The translations under genes were made by a program, and so were the position numbers. The notes below the pieces were generated by a model. The model did not search any database and was not told where the DNA came from. It was given only the letters and a program-made list of their open reading frames with translations. 64,000 nt of DNA from the NCBI RefSeq assembly GCF_001194135.2, contig NC_068983.1:66893828-66957827 (forward strand). Reading direction: 5' to 3'. The stretch comes from Octopus bimaculoides (taxonomy: Eukaryota). This document shows positions 63,738-64,000 of this stretch, piece by piece. The first letter of the stretch is position 1; every line of letters begins with the position of its first letter.

Positions 63738-64000
63738 ATACTTCAATCATAGTCTTCAGCATGATTGAAGTATCCTCTCTACCCCAAGACACAAACACAC
63801 ACACACATTTATAAATGCACATATAATATTTTTAAACAATGGACATTAATCCAGCTTTTTGGGGTTATATCTCATGAAATACTTTTAATGATTGTACAGT
63901 ACCTGACAGATTTCTGTACTAGTTGTGCACTTTCTTTATTTTGGTCATTATAAATAAAATTCTGTCATTGTGCTTACGTTGCTAAATAATACCATGAGAT

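Overview
Very AT-rich, microsatellite-dense eukaryotic DNA with seven N-gaps. The SINE, RTE, R4 and Penelope repeat types resemble those of coleoid cephalopods (Octopus-like); this is an inference. There is no sign of prokaryotic genes, rRNA, bona fide tRNA or CRISPR. The window looks mostly intronic to one large + strand gene. Only two convincing exons are visible: a partial GC-rich exon ending at 138, and a 1.26-kb Ser/Pro-rich coding exon at 13499-14759 carrying SVYDNV and DSGIG motifs. The rest is a dense record of decayed mobile elements: RTE, R4/Dong, HERO-like, Rex1/Babar and Tx1 LINEs, a near-full-length Penelope-like element (RT + GIY-YIG), mariner/Tc1/pogo fragments and many tRNA-type SINEs. 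The most notable observations: (i) three distinct hammerhead-ribozyme motifs in short Penelope-type elements, one (42011-42100, minus strand) with a fully intact catalytic core; (ii) an RT-less, in-frame internally deleted HERO-like element inserted into the endonuclease domain of an R4/Dong LINE. All family calls come from motif recognition by eye, not database searches.
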